From Candidatus Heimdallarchaeota archaeon (GTDB lineage Archaea > Asgardarchaeota > Heimdallarchaeia > Heimdallarchaeales > Heimdallarchaeaceae), in the NCBI GenBank assembly GCA_021399395.1, contig JAAFKJ010000134.1:1-29348 (forward strand): DNA of 29,348 nt, in the 5' to 3' direction. Shown here piece by piece: positions 1 through 10,528 of the stretch (its first letter is position 1; each line of letters starts with the position of its first letter). Under the pieces are notes generated by a model, which did no database searches, was not told the DNA's origin, and saw only the letters and a list, made by a program, of their open reading frames with translations. A program made the translations under genes and the position numbers.

Positions 1-2
1 TC

Positions 3-3000
3 TTTTCTGGAGCTAAGATATATCTAATAATTGAAACAACTATTGGCTCTGATGAACTTGAGTTATTTCTAGTGAAAGCTAACATAACTGATGGAATGCC
101 AGATATGAGTGTACTTCTTTCAAACGCAACAAATGGCCCCTATAATCTAGCTAATCCAATAACTGAAAGTACTCTAGGTAATACGGTATTTTATGACTTT
201 CATGATATTGTTCTGACAGCAGGAACCTATTATATAGTCGCAAATCTTTCCAGTTATGATGCAGTTAATGGAGACGGTTTTAACTGGCGTGGACAACAAG
301 GATCAGTATTTGCGAGTTCCTATACCCATGATGGAACTGTATGGTCTGGGATAATAAACAAAGATTTCATCTTGGCTCCTGAATTAAGACAAACCTATGC
401 AGATGGATTACCAATAGTTTACTCTGATCCAGCATCAATTCAACTCAAAGATAATGGTGTAAATATTACTTCTTTAAACCAGCTGATAAGTGGGACTGGT
501 TCTCATGAATTAACTTCCAATACATCAGTGGAGATTAATATGAACAATTCATATTCATTCAGTAATTCATTTATTGCTAGTTCCTCTTTTCAAGCAGTTA
601 ATTCGTCTTATTATGATTATAGTATCTCATGGAATGTTTCATGGTTGAGCCCTTCAATAGATATTTCTCCTTATACTGATCCAAATCGTTATCAGATATT
701 TACTATCCCTGAAACCTGGAATGATGTATCTTTTACGTTACTCCTTGATAGTGTCGAACCAACAACCTACTCACTAAATGATAGAACTTTCACAATAGAT
801 TTGTTTGAACTACTTTCTGGTTCTACTTATAGTGAAGGAAGTTTATTATTTCAGTCAACAAGCAGAAATTTGCTCTATGATCTCACACAGTCTGATAATA
901 CATTTAACTTGGGTTACTGGGAAACTAATATTACACATGCAACAGGATATCGAGGGTCTTCTCTTATCTCTACTGTTGATGTAGGAGAAACTGCAATTAG
1001 TGAAGTCACTAATGGTGAGTTGAATTTCACAATCTTTGATCCTGATGGACAGATTGTTTCTTTCAAAAATAGTTTACCTAGTGAGTTAATATATAGTGAT
1101 ACAACTTACTATTCTCAACTAATCTTAACCCAGTCTGGACTCGGAGAATATTCTGCAAGTTCAGGTTTTGATCCTTCAGTGTATGGGAGTGATAGAGAAG
1201 GATATTGGACCGCATTCTATGTTTGGCAGAATGGTACAGATGTAGGAATTATATCCAAGATATTAACAGTCGTTAAACCAACTTATGCAATATTCGAATG
1301 GGAGGAAAGTGAAGGATCTGATATTTGGGTAAGTGATAACTTAGAAACAATTGAAAGAATAAACGGAGAGGGAATAAGAATTAGAGTTTATTATTATAAT
1401 ATTAGTGACCCCTTCTTCTCTGGAAGTGGAACATTGATAACAGCTGCAACTGTGTCTTATTACGCTGGGTGGCTAGATTCTGGAACAATTCCTTTTGGTA
1501 TATTTGCTTATGAATATGATATCATAACAGATGCTCCAGCAAACTCATTTTCTATAGACTTAAGTGCTCAAGGTCAATTCTTAGAGAATCATACTATTCA
1601 GTTTACAGTAGACATTCTCCATGTATTCCAGATCAATAAAGAATACGATAATTATTACACCAATTTTACAAATGATTTCATTATCAAATTTGATTTAATT
1701 GATATCTCTAATTTCAATACTCCAATAGAGCCAGATGATTTAGAACTTCAATTCTATGGTAATCCTTTACAATTGACAGACTTTTCGCAAAATTTCTCCG
1801 ACGGAAAAATTGTCTTGCAATTTGATTCAGGGGAATTAGGTTTAGATATAGGATTTCACATTTTAGATGTGAATATCTCGAAAGCAAATTACATAGATAT
1901 ATTAGGTCAAGAAAATACATTTGTAAGTTTTAATCTGAACATTATTCCAATTGAAACAGAAATAGAAGTTATAGAAACTGTTGAAGAAATGGTCATTAAC
2001 AGTCAGACAGTAATCAAATTTAGTTACATTGATACAAACCATTCAACACTCATTAGGGGTGGGAATGTTGATGTAAGTGTTGACATAGAAAATGTTGATG
2101 TGTGGTTGGATCCCGAAGTAGACGGAGTTTATTCTATAGTTGTAAAAACCTTAGAACCAACTGTAGCTTCGCTTAATATTTACATTGATGTTTCAAAAGA
2201 TGGGTATGAAACACAACTAAATCACAGACTTGTAGCAATCAGTATTATTATAACTGAACCTCTACCTCCTCCAGAAGGGTTTCCATTCTATATTTTCATT
2301 ATTATTGGAATTCTAGGTGCTGCAGCTTTGATTATACCTGTTGTTCTCATTGCTAGAAGAAAAGTAATGAGAGAAAGAAGGTCTCAGAAGACTCAATTTA
2401 CAAATATATACAAATTCTATGAGGGAATTCTATCCATTACGAAACTGATTATTGTTCATAATACTACTAGTTTGCCAGTTTATGAGATGGATTTGGGATC
2501 GGAAATCACAATTGAACCAACTTTAATTACTGGCTTTCTGTCAGCTGTTTCCACCGTAGGGGGAGAAATCAAGGGTGATAAAAGTGCTAGTGTTAAAAAA
2601 GTAGAGTACATGGATTTTCAAGTAGCAGCAAGTAAATCAGGTCACTTTACACTCTATACATTTTCTGAAGCTGAATTGAATAAAGAGATAGAGCAAAAAC
2701 TGACAGTAATTAGCGATTGGTTTGCTATGATGTTCAGCAATATAACTGATGATTGGGATGGTTCAACAGAATCATTCAGAATGAATTTAAAAGGAATAAC
2801 TGAAAAAATCATGAAAGAAATTCATCTCTGGATATTCTATCCTTTCAGAGTCTCACCAACTAAGGTTGTAGAAGTTGAACGAATGTCTGGTCTCAGAAAG
2901 AAACTGATAAATTATGTACAAGGACAAGATAATATCACGATAAGTAGACTCTTTGAGGATTTTGATGATGTCAAACTTGAGCAAGGATTACCTATACTTT

Positions 3001-3071
3001 TTGAGTTGATTGAAAAGAATATTCTAGAACCTGAATTTGATGCTTACAAAATAGCTACAGTTCGTTTTTGA
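3..3071 (+). CDS. Large single-pass membrane protein, 5'-truncated by the window edge: sequon-rich ectodomain, TM helix, cytoplasmic longin-like domain and C-terminal winged helix (paralog 1)
   Basis: The frame is open from position 3 (FSGAKIYLIIETTIGSDELELFLVKAN...) and aligns with the internal segment FYGTDIYLDIKG...AELDLFLLKD of the next gene, so GTG at 72 is internal. TM segment FYIFIIIGILGAAALIIPVVLIA followed by RRK. The cytoplasmic motif IIVHNTTSLPVYE...EPTLITGFLSAVS resembles Asgard longin-like domains. Confidence 0.8.
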   Translation, partial: FSGAKIYLIIETTIGSDELELFLVKANITDGMPDMSVLLSNATNGPYNLANPITESTLGNTVFYDFHDIVLTAGTYYIVANLSSYDAVNGDGFNWRGQQGSVFASSYTHDGTVWSGIINKDFILAPELRQTYADGLPIVYSDPASIQLKDNGVNITSLNQLISGTGSHELTSNTSVEINMNNSYSFSNSFIASSSFQAVNSSYYDYSISWNVSWLSPSIDISPYTDPNRYQIFTIPETWNDVSFTLLLDSVEPTTYSLNDRTFTIDLFELLSGSTYSEGSLLFQSTSRNLLYDLTQSDNTFNLGYWETNITHATGYRGSSLISTVDVGETAISEVTNGELNFTIFDPDGQIVSFKNSLPSELIYSDTTYYSQLILTQSGLGEYSASSGFDPSVYGSDREGYWTAFYVWQNGTDVGIISKILTVVKPTYAIFEWEESEGSDIWVSDNLETIERINGEGIRIRVYYYNISDPFFSGSGTLITAATVSYYAGWLDSGTIPFGIFAYEYDIITDAPANSFSIDLSAQGQFLENHTIQFTVDILHVFQINKEYDNYYTNFTNDFIIKFDLIDISNFNTPIEPDDLELQFYGNPLQLTDFSQNFSDGKIVLQFDSGELGLDIGFHILDVNISKANYIDILGQENTFVSFNLNIIPIETEIEVIETVEEMVINSQTVIKFSYIDTNHSTLIRGGNVDVSVDIENVDVWLDPEVDGVYSIVVKTLEPTVASLNIYIDVSKDGYETQLNHRLVAISIIITEPLPPPEGFPFYIFIIIGILGAAALIIPVVLIARRKVMRERRSQKTQFTNIYKFYEGILSITKLIIVHNTTSLPVYEMDLGSEITIEPTLITGFLSAVSTVGGEIKGDKSASVKKVEYMDFQVAASKSGHFTLYTFSEAELNKEIEQKLTVISDWFAMMFSNITDDWDGSTESFRMNLKGITEKIMKEIHLWIFYPFRVSPTKVVEVERMSGLRKKLINYVQGQDNITISRLFEDFDDVKLEQGLPILFELIEKNILEPEFDAYKIATVRF

Positions 3072-3169
3072 TAAATTAGAGCAAATAAAAGTGTTAATAA
3101 TCAAAATTCACTATCTATTAATATGCATTTTTTTCTTTCTATTGTTTATTATTAGAAAATATCTAATAA

Positions 3170-3177
3170 TTTATAAA
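3170..3177 (+). promoter_or_regulatory. Candidate archaeal TATA box (TTTATAAA) for paralog 2
   Basis: Consensus TTTAWAAA about 60 nt upstream of ATG 3238. The AT-rich background lowers confidence. Confidence 0.35.
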
Positions 3178-3237
3178 GAATAACGAATTTGTACTACTAA
3201 TATAATAGCGTATTGAAGTACATTGGGGTTTCGTGCT

Positions 3238-6200
3238 ATGGTTCTAAACTATTCAAAATATCGATTCTATAAGGTAATTGTAAGCGTTTTTCTGTTAACT
3301 CAATTGATTTCTACTTCAGTTTTATCAAATTCAAGTATTAATTTAGTTGGAGAGACGGATGTTCATGAAAGTAATCTACAATACAATGACTTTATTTCAT
3401 TTGATTCAATTCTGAAAGATGAAACATTATACGTTCCAAATAACAACATAGTAAAACTACAATATATCCCAATAGATAATTATTCTTCAGTGGGAGATAA
3501 TTTTGCAGTTGAAGATGATTTCTACTTATCCCACACATTTGAATTAAATCTGACAAAATCTACGTATACTTCCGATAGTACAAATCAGTTTTCAATTTCT
3601 GATATTGCTGGCTACTCCGACCAATTACAATATGGGATTGAAAATATAACAGCTATACCAGACTACTTTACAATTGAATCTGCAGTTAGTGGTTTTGATG
3701 ATTTAGCTGACTCTGATTATTTAGCTATAGCTCAAGGTTTTACGGTAGAATGGGATTATGCAGAATTCTATGGAACAGATATATATCTTGATATTAAAGG
3801 ATCTGGTTCTTTAGGGATTGCTGAATTGGACTTGTTTTTATTGAAAGATGAGGGAGCTGTTTTTCCTGATGTTACAAATATTAGTAAAATTCTATCAAAT
3901 TGTTCTGATAATTCTTTTACAGATGCTAATCCTGTTCCTTCAGCAGCAGCAGCAGCTTTAACCTATTATGATTTTGATGATGTGATTCTTGAGAAAGGGA
4001 AGTACTTCATTGTTGCTAATTTATCAACAGTAGATAGTACAAGTCCTGGACAAAATTTTGCCTGGACACTGAAGAATGGAGGTCCTTTTCTCGGAGAATC
4101 ATACCGATGGGATGCTATAGGTCTAACATGGGATAATCGAACAACTATTGTAGACTATACCTTAGCTCCCTTGTTATTACCACTTGATGAATTTCAAGAA
4201 CCTTTAACTTTTACAAATCCTGCTGCCATAGACTTAAAAGATGGCTTAACCTCAATTACTGCAGTTGATCAAGTAATTTCTGGAACAGGTGTTCATAATC
4301 TTGAATCAAATTATTCTGTCAATATAAAATTCAATAATAGTTACCATTTCTACAAAACAATCATAGCTACCTCATCATTTCAAGTAACAAATTCCTCTCA
4401 TGGCGACTATTCAGTTGATTGGTTTGTTACATGGGATATAATACAGGTAAACCTCTCGGATTATTCTAATCCAAGTAGGACGCATGTGATTTCTACACCA
4501 ACTGATTGGAATACCATGACTTACAACTTGTATGCTAATAGTTTTTTGCTGATACCTGGCATAAGAATTCCTGAAGGGTATTCATTTAATTTAACCTCAC
4601 TATCTTCTGGTGTTCTCTACCAAGCAGCATCATTAAACCTCTCTACTTCAAGTCCTAATTACATATTTGACTTAGATTTAAATTCATTGAATTTTGATTT
4701 AGGATATTGGGAAACAGATGGAATAAATGCAACTGGTTATAGTGGTTCATCAGTTACGGCTGATATATATGTCAAGGACTCATTAATGACTGATGTTTTA
4801 GATGGAAATGTTAATTTTACACTTTATGATCCAGATGGTTACATTGTTCCTGTAAAGAATGATTCACTCTTTCCAACTCTTATCTACAATGATGTATCCA
4901 ACTATACATTCCTGGAAACTAGTCAAACCGGGGTAGGCCTATATTCTGTTGAGACGAGTTTTGATCCCTCATTTGAAGGAACCGACAAAGAAGGATACTG
5001 GACTGCAGTGTGTTTTTGGCAAAACGGAACAGAGATAGGATTCTATTCACTTCAAATTTCAGTTAGTAAGTCTACAACCGCTTCTTTCAGATGGGAGGAG
5101 ACAGTAGGGGGAAGCATGACCTCTAATTCATCTATAGTTATTGAGAGAATAAATCTTAAAACAATCACTGCTCAAATTATCTACAATAACATAAGTGATC
5201 CTTTTTACTCTGGAAATGGAACTCCAATAATTGCAGCACCTGTAGCATATAATACATCTTGGGGAACATCTGGTCTTCTAAATTATGTGGGACCATACTA
5301 TGAATTAGATATTCCAATAAATGTTCTATCTGGTAACTATTCTGTTACCCTCATGGCAACTGGACTACTTTTAGAATCTCATTCAATTACATTCTACTTG
5401 ATAGTGCATCACACTTTTGATATCACTCCTGAATCAAGTAGTTTTTCCGCATATTACAACGATTTACAATCACTTATTCGCTTTACAGTAGAAGACACTG
5501 CAAATCTTACATATAACCCTATTTTACCTGATGAAATGTATTTCTATCTAGATGATGTATTACTGGTGAAAGATGTTGATTATGGGATAAGAGAACTGCC
5601 TGATAGTGAAATTCAATTAGAAATATACTCTGATATAGTAGGTCTAGATTTAGGTGTAGGATCACATCCACTTGACATTTCAGTTGCAAAACAAGGTTTC
5701 TTTGAAGATTACGGACAAGAAATTATTTCTGATGAAGTTTCCTTGACAATACTGGAGACGCCTACAGAAATTGTAATCTTATCATCGGAAGATGAAGTTA
5801 ACTTTGGAAATGAGACAACTATTTCTTTCATCTATGTTGATACTATTCATTCCCAGAATATCTCCGGTGCCACTTTTGATGTGTCGTTTGATATTGAAGA
5901 TGCTGAACTTATTACTCAATATGAAATAGATGGAGTTTACTACGTAACTTTAAGGATTCATGAACCTCAAGAAACCACTATTAATGTTTTTGTTACCATA
6001 TTCAAAGATGGATTTGAAAATCAGACTAATCTAGCCATTGAATCAATATCCATAATTAACCCTCAAATAACAGGAAAAATACCACCTATTTTATATGTTG
6101 TAATCAGCCTTTTTAGTGCAGCAGCAATTATCATTCCAATCGTTTTCCTAGTTAGGCGGCGATTAACTAAAAATAAACGCTTAGAAAAAGCTCTTTTCAG

Positions 6201-6870
6201 TAGAATTTATAGTCTTTATGAGAGTGTTTTGTCAATTACTAAAATTATTATTGTTCATAAAAATACTGGATTACCAGTATATGAAATGGATCTAGGTTCA
6301 GAAATTACATTGGATCCATCTCTGATAACTGGATTTCTTTCTGCTATATCCTCCATGGGAGTAGAACTTAGAGGTGATAGAGCCGGTTCTGTTAGAAGAT
6401 TACAATATAGAAATTTCTTGGTAACCGGAACAGAATCCGGTCAATTCACAACATATACTTTTTCTGATACTGAATTGAATGAAGAAATCGAAGAAAGACT
6501 TGCAGTCATCAGTGATTGGTTTGCTAAGATGTTCAGTCAGATTACAGAAGACTGGGATGGCTCAACTGAAGTATTCAGAATCAATCTACAAGGGATAACT
6601 GAGAAGATTATGAAGGAAATTCATCTTTGGATATTCTATCCTTTTACAGTTTCTCCTCACAAAACAAGTATTATTGAAGAATTTAATGGTCTCGAGAAAC
6701 TGTTAATTACCTATATTATAGAGAATGAAAATGTGACTATAAGCAAAATTTTCGATGAACTTGATCATATTAGAATAGAGAAAGGATTACCAATAATATT
6801 TGGATTTATAGAAAAAGGTATTTTAACACCTGTATTTGATGCATACAAAATAGCTACAGTAAGGTTCTAA
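3238..6870 (+). CDS. Large single-pass membrane protein with signal peptide, ectodomain, TM, longin-like domain and winged helix (paralog 2)
   Basis: 1215-aa ORF (TTG 3223; ATG 3238 is the likelier start). N-terminal hydrophobic segment VIVSVFLLTQLIS, many NxS/T sequons, TM ILYVVISLFSAAAIIIPIVFLV followed by RRR, motif DPSLITGFLSAISS. Ends in FDAYKIATVRF, identical to paralog 1. Confidence 0.85.
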   Translation: MVLNYSKYRFYKVIVSVFLLTQLISTSVLSNSSINLVGETDVHESNLQYNDFISFDSILKDETLYVPNNNIVKLQYIPIDNYSSVGDNFAVEDDFYLSHTFELNLTKSTYTSDSTNQFSISDIAGYSDQLQYGIENITAIPDYFTIESAVSGFDDLADSDYLAIAQGFTVEWDYAEFYGTDIYLDIKGSGSLGIAELDLFLLKDEGAVFPDVTNISKILSNCSDNSFTDANPVPSAAAAALTYYDFDDVILEKGKYFIVANLSTVDSTSPGQNFAWTLKNGGPFLGESYRWDAIGLTWDNRTTIVDYTLAPLLLPLDEFQEPLTFTNPAAIDLKDGLTSITAVDQVISGTGVHNLESNYSVNIKFNNSYHFYKTIIATSSFQVTNSSHGDYSVDWFVTWDIIQVNLSDYSNPSRTHVISTPTDWNTMTYNLYANSFLLIPGIRIPEGYSFNLTSLSSGVLYQAASLNLSTSSPNYIFDLDLNSLNFDLGYWETDGINATGYSGSSVTADIYVKDSLMTDVLDGNVNFTLYDPDGYIVPVKNDSLFPTLIYNDVSNYTFLETSQTGVGLYSVETSFDPSFEGTDKEGYWTAVCFWQNGTEIGFYSLQISVSKSTTASFRWEETVGGSMTSNSSIVIERINLKTITAQIIYNNISDPFYSGNGTPIIAAPVAYNTSWGTSGLLNYVGPYYELDIPINVLSGNYSVTLMATGLLLESHSITFYLIVHHTFDITPESSSFSAYYNDLQSLIRFTVEDTANLTYNPILPDEMYFYLDDVLLVKDVDYGIRELPDSEIQLEIYSDIVGLDLGVGSHPLDISVAKQGFFEDYGQEIISDEVSLTILETPTEIVILSSEDEVNFGNETTISFIYVDTIHSQNISGATFDVSFDIEDAELITQYEIDGVYYVTLRIHEPQETTINVFVTIFKDGFENQTNLAIESISIINPQITGKIPPILYVVISLFSAAAIIIPIVFLVRRRLTKNKRLEKALFSRIYSLYESVLSITKIIIVHKNTGLPVYEMDLGSEITLDPSLITGFLSAISSMGVELRGDRAGSVRRLQYRNFLVTGTESGQFTTYTFSDTELNEEIEERLAVISDWFAKMFSQITEDWDGSTEVFRINLQGITEKIMKEIHLWIFYPFTVSPHKTSIIEEFNGLEKLLITYIIENENVTISKIFDELDHIRIEKGLPIIFGFIEKGILTPVFDAYKIATVRF

Positions 6871-6942
6871 TAACTTTTTTTCTTCCTTCTTTCTTTACTC
6901 TATTGAGTAAAAGTTTTATTACTACTATCATATTTTCAATAG

Positions 6943-7290
6943 GTGATTATATTGAGAAAATTACTTTTTGTTATGTGGTCTGCAAATAAAGGAACTTTCA
7001 CACATGTTATGATGAACGTATTAGATTTTCATGAAAAAGGCTATGGGGTTGGTGTTGTCTTTGAGAGTGAAGGATGTAAATTGATACCTAGTTATGAAGA
7101 AAATATGAATGATAAATTCGAAAAAATGAAACAATTGAAACTAATTTTTTCTGTCTGTAAGGTTTGTGCAAAAGCCACTGGGGCTTTGGAATCGGCTGAA
7201 AAACAAGGATTGCCGATTCATGATGAACTTTTTGGTCATACTCCGCTTGAATTATGGGTAAAAGAAGGATACGAGATAATTTCAGTGTAG
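6943..7290 (+). CDS. DsrE-like family small protein
   Basis: About 115 aa with VVFESEG and CKVCA motifs and a GY-x-I-I-S ending typical of DsrE/DsrF-like proteins. TTG 6952, after an SD-like GGTGA, may be the real start. Confidence 0.7.
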   Translation: MIILRKLLFVMWSANKGTFTHVMMNVLDFHEKGYGVGVVFESEGCKLIPSYEENMNDKFEKMKQLKLIFSVCKVCAKATGALESAEKQGLPIHDELFGHTPLELWVKEGYEIISV

Positions 7291-7319
7291 AAAACTAATT
7301 TCATTTTCGATATTTTTTT

Positions 7320-8285
7320 CTATTTTTCTTTATCAGAATTTTTTACAGCTATAATTTCAGCTGCTATACTAATAGCTATTTCTTCAGGTGTATCACTTTT
7401 TATTTTCAACCCTATGGGAGAATGTACTGAATTAAGTAAATCTTCTGAAATTCCCTTTCTTTCTAAACTTGCATAGACTTGTTGTTTTTTAAACACACTA
7501 GCCATCATACCTAAATATCTGAATCTTTTTGAAATTAATTTCTCAAGTACTAATTCATCAGAAGAATGACCATAAGTCATAATCGTTACAAATACATTTT
7601 CCCCCTCTGGCACGTAAGACAAAATGTCCTCATAAGATATAACATGTTTCTCGTGAGCGTGGGAGTTACTTTTCATTGTTGGTAATTCTGGTCTGTCATC
7701 AAGGATTGTAATGTGAAAGTTCAGTGTGTCCATTATTCTGGATAAAGCAAGAGAGACATGTCCTCCACCTATAACAATTAGTTTGTCTTGTAATCCCATG
7801 TTTTCTTTATATTCCCAACCAGAATCTGTTTCAGTGTACTGATTATTTTCTTGTAGTGGTTCTACTTTTTCGTACAGAACACCATCTCCTGTTAGTGTTA
7901 AAACTCCAGGTATAGCATCTGTGAAAGCATTCTTTATTTCTTCAATAATGGGAATTTTATGCTTATTTAGAGGAAGTAAAGCAAAAGTTTGTGACCCTGA
8001 ACATATCATTCCAGAGTGATGTTCCTGTGTTCCTTCAGAATGATCCAGAAAGACTGTTTCAATTTTAGTACTGCCCTTTAATAAGGAGTTACGAGCGTGA
8101 TTAGTTAGCCTGTGTTCAGAAATTCCTCCACCTACAGTACCAATTAATGAATCAGCTGTTATTATCATCTTAGCACCTGGTACATTTGGGGCAGAACCAA
8201 TTCTATGTATCATAATAACAAGAATTATATCCTCACCTTTTCTCAAAAAATCTAACGCTGTTTTCCAAAACTGTTCTTCGTTCAT
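7320..8285 (-). CDS. xdhC: Xanthine dehydrogenase accessory/Moco maturation factor (XdhC/CoxI family)
   Basis: GSAPNVPGAKM, GTVGGG, MICSG, IGGGHV, MTYGHSSD, SPIGL and TPEEIAISIAAEII motifs; lies directly after xdhB. Confidence 0.92.
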   Translation of the reverse strand: MNEEQFWKTALDFLRKGEDIILVIMIHRIGSAPNVPGAKMIITADSLIGTVGGGISEHRLTNHARNSLLKGSTKIETVFLDHSEGTQEHHSGMICSGSQTFALLPLNKHKIPIIEEIKNAFTDAIPGVLTLTGDGVLYEKVEPLQENNQYTETDSGWEYKENMGLQDKLIVIGGGHVSLALSRIMDTLNFHITILDDRPELPTMKSNSHAHEKHVISYEDILSYVPEGENVFVTIMTYGHSSDELVLEKLISKRFRYLGMMASVFKKQQVYASLERKGISEDLLNSVHSPIGLKIKSDTPEEIAISIAAEIIAVKNSDKEK

Positions 8286-8290
8286 TTTAG

Positions 8291-10528
8291 CTATTCCTCA
8301 TGTAAGTAAAGCAGTAATTTTTCAGGTGTAATTGGTGCTGAGTAGACCCATTCTTTGTCTTTTCTGAATGCTTGTGCAGCATCCTTTAATGCGAAGTATG
8401 CTCCGATTCCATACATAAATGGAGGTTCTCCAATTGCTTTTGATTTCAAAACCGCGTATGGATTGTCTGCGTCTTCTAGAAATTTTGTGTGAATCTTAGG
8501 TGCAAAATAAATATCTGGGACCTTGTATGTTGCAAGAGCATCAGTGAGAAGTTTTCCATCTACATACTGTAATTCTTCTAGTGTCATCCACCCCATACCT
8601 TGAACTAATCCTCCTTCTATCTGGCCAAGATCAATTAGATAATTCAAACTTTTTCCAGCGTCATGAACAATATAGACGTTATCGAAAGTATATGTTCCCC
8701 GTAGACAATCAATTGTTACTTCAGTTACAGCTGTTCCAAATACATGATAAGCAAAAGGTTTACCTTTTTCTTTTTCAGCGTCATAATGAATTCCAGGCAT
8801 GGCGAAATATGCTTGAGAGGAAAGATTTACTCTGCTCAAGTAAGCAGACATGACTAACTCTTCCCATGTCAAATTTGTCTTCTCATCATTCAGATAAACT
8901 ATCTCATCTTTTAAAGCTAAATTTCCTTCCCCCAATTTCTCTTTTGCAACATTAAGTAATCGTTCATTAATTGCTTTACAAGCTATTTCAACAGCCTTAC
9001 CATTTAAATCTGCACCACTACTAGCCGCTGTAGGAGAAGTGTTAATCACTTTACCAGTATTTGTACTTTCCATCCTAATTCTATCTGGATTAATTGAGAG
9101 AGTGCGAGCTGCAATTGACTTGATTTTAGTGTTTACTCCCTGTCCCATTTCAACTGCTCCTGAACTTATATTAACACTCCCGTCATAGTAGACATTGACT
9201 AGTGCTCCTGCTTGATTCATAAAAGTAGCAGTAAAAGAAATCCCGAAACAAATAGGCATTATAGAGAAACCCTTCTTCACCAATTTGTTCTTCTTATTGA
9301 ATTCCTCTTGCTTCTCCTTTAAATCATCAAATTTTGAATCTTGAAGAACTTCTGCAAAGCTTCTCTTAGCTTGAGTCTTTTCAACTTTCATTCCATATGG
9401 AAATTGATCTCCTTCATCGAGCAAATTTCTTTCTTGTAATTTTTCTATTGATATACCTGATTTCTCAGATGCATGAGCTAATGCACATTCTATGACAAAC
9501 ATTCCTTGAGGACCACCAAATCCTCGAAAAGCTGTAAAGGGTACTAGGTTCGTTTTACAGGAATAAGCTGTTACCCTAACATTCGGAATGTAATAAGCGT
9601 TTGTAGCATGGAATAATGTTCTTCCTAGTATTGGCGTTGAAAGATCTGCTGCAGCACCAGCATTTTGATAGAATTTAGCTGAAAATGCAAGGATTTTGCC
9701 TTCCTTATTCAAGCCTAGTTTATAGTCAGTAGAATAAGGGTGTCTTTTTCCTGTTATAGTAATATCCTCTCGTCTATCTAGTACTAATTTGACTGGTCTT
9801 CTGGTATGATAAACCCCCAATGCACAGATAGCAGCCCAGTGAGTGGCTTGATCTTCCTTCCCGCCAAAAGCACCTCCCAATCGTTTAACATCAACCTCTA
9901 TTTTGTTCATGTCACAACCAATAACATTGGAAACGATATTCTGAACAGTTGAAGGATTTTGGGTGCTGGAATAGAGTAAGATTCTACCCTCTTCCCCTGG
10001 AATAGCAAGACAACCTTGTGTTTCCATATAGATGTGCTCTTGACCTCCGGATTCAGCTACGCCTTCGACAATAGTCTCACATTTATCCCAAATGGAATCA
10101 ATGTCTCCTAAAGATAATGTTCTAGAAGGAGCAATTAACATCCCTTTCTTTGCTGCTTCTCTAGGATCGAAAACAGCTGGAAGGGGTTCGTATTCTATAG
10201 TGATTAAATCTCTAGCCGTGTTAGCTTGATTTTTTGTCTCTGCGAAAACAACAGCTATAGGTTGTCCAATGAAATCTACTTTATCCTTAGCTAATAACTC
10301 TTCATCTTGGATAATTCGGCCTACTTCATTCTCACCTGGAATGTCTTCAGCTGTTATTATTTTAACTACTCCCTCACTTGCTTTTGCTTTTTGCATATTT
10401 AACTTGATAATCTTTCCATGAGGTATGTTTGAAATAAAGACTGCAGTATGAAGCATGTCTTTTGGTTCAGGAATATCATCAACAAAAACTGATTCACCTG
10501 TCGTGTGAGGAGGGATCAAATCGGTCAT
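8291..10528 (-). CDS. xdhB: Xanthine dehydrogenase molybdopterin-binding subunit
   Basis: GGQEHIYME, STQNP, LGGAFGGKE, RTLFH, AFRGFGGPQG, GISFT, VEMGQG, SPTAASSGADLNG and SKAIGEPP motifs of xanthine oxidoreductases. Confidence 0.95.
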   Translation of the reverse strand: MTDLIPPHTTGESVFVDDIPEPKDMLHTAVFISNIPHGKIIKLNMQKAKASEGVVKIITAEDIPGENEVGRIIQDEELLAKDKVDFIGQPIAVVFAETKNQANTARDLITIEYEPLPAVFDPREAAKKGMLIAPSRTLSLGDIDSIWDKCETIVEGVAESGGQEHIYMETQGCLAIPGEEGRILLYSSTQNPSTVQNIVSNVIGCDMNKIEVDVKRLGGAFGGKEDQATHWAAICALGVYHTRRPVKLVLDRREDITITGKRHPYSTDYKLGLNKEGKILAFSAKFYQNAGAAADLSTPILGRTLFHATNAYYIPNVRVTAYSCKTNLVPFTAFRGFGGPQGMFVIECALAHASEKSGISIEKLQERNLLDEGDQFPYGMKVEKTQAKRSFAEVLQDSKFDDLKEKQEEFNKKNKLVKKGFSIMPICFGISFTATFMNQAGALVNVYYDGSVNISSGAVEMGQGVNTKIKSIAARTLSINPDRIRMESTNTGKVINTSPTAASSGADLNGKAVEIACKAINERLLNVAKEKLGEGNLALKDEIVYLNDEKTNLTWEELVMSAYLSRVNLSSQAYFAMPGIHYDAEKEKGKPFAYHVFGTAVTEVTIDCLRGTYTFDNVYIVHDAGKSLNYLIDLGQIEGGLVQGMGWMTLEELQYVDGKLLTDALATYKVPDIYFAPKIHTKFLEDADNPYAVLKSKAIGEPPFMYGIGAYFALKDAAQAFRKDKEWVYSAPITPEKLLLYLHEE

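Noticed and set aside
72-74. GTG start proposed by the ORF track for the first protein
   Set aside because: The frame is open to the window edge and the upstream translation aligns with the paralog, so the real start lies outside the window.
3941-3956. (CAG)5 microsatellite encoding a poly-Ala run
   Set aside because: Short and in-frame, with no evidence of functional variation.
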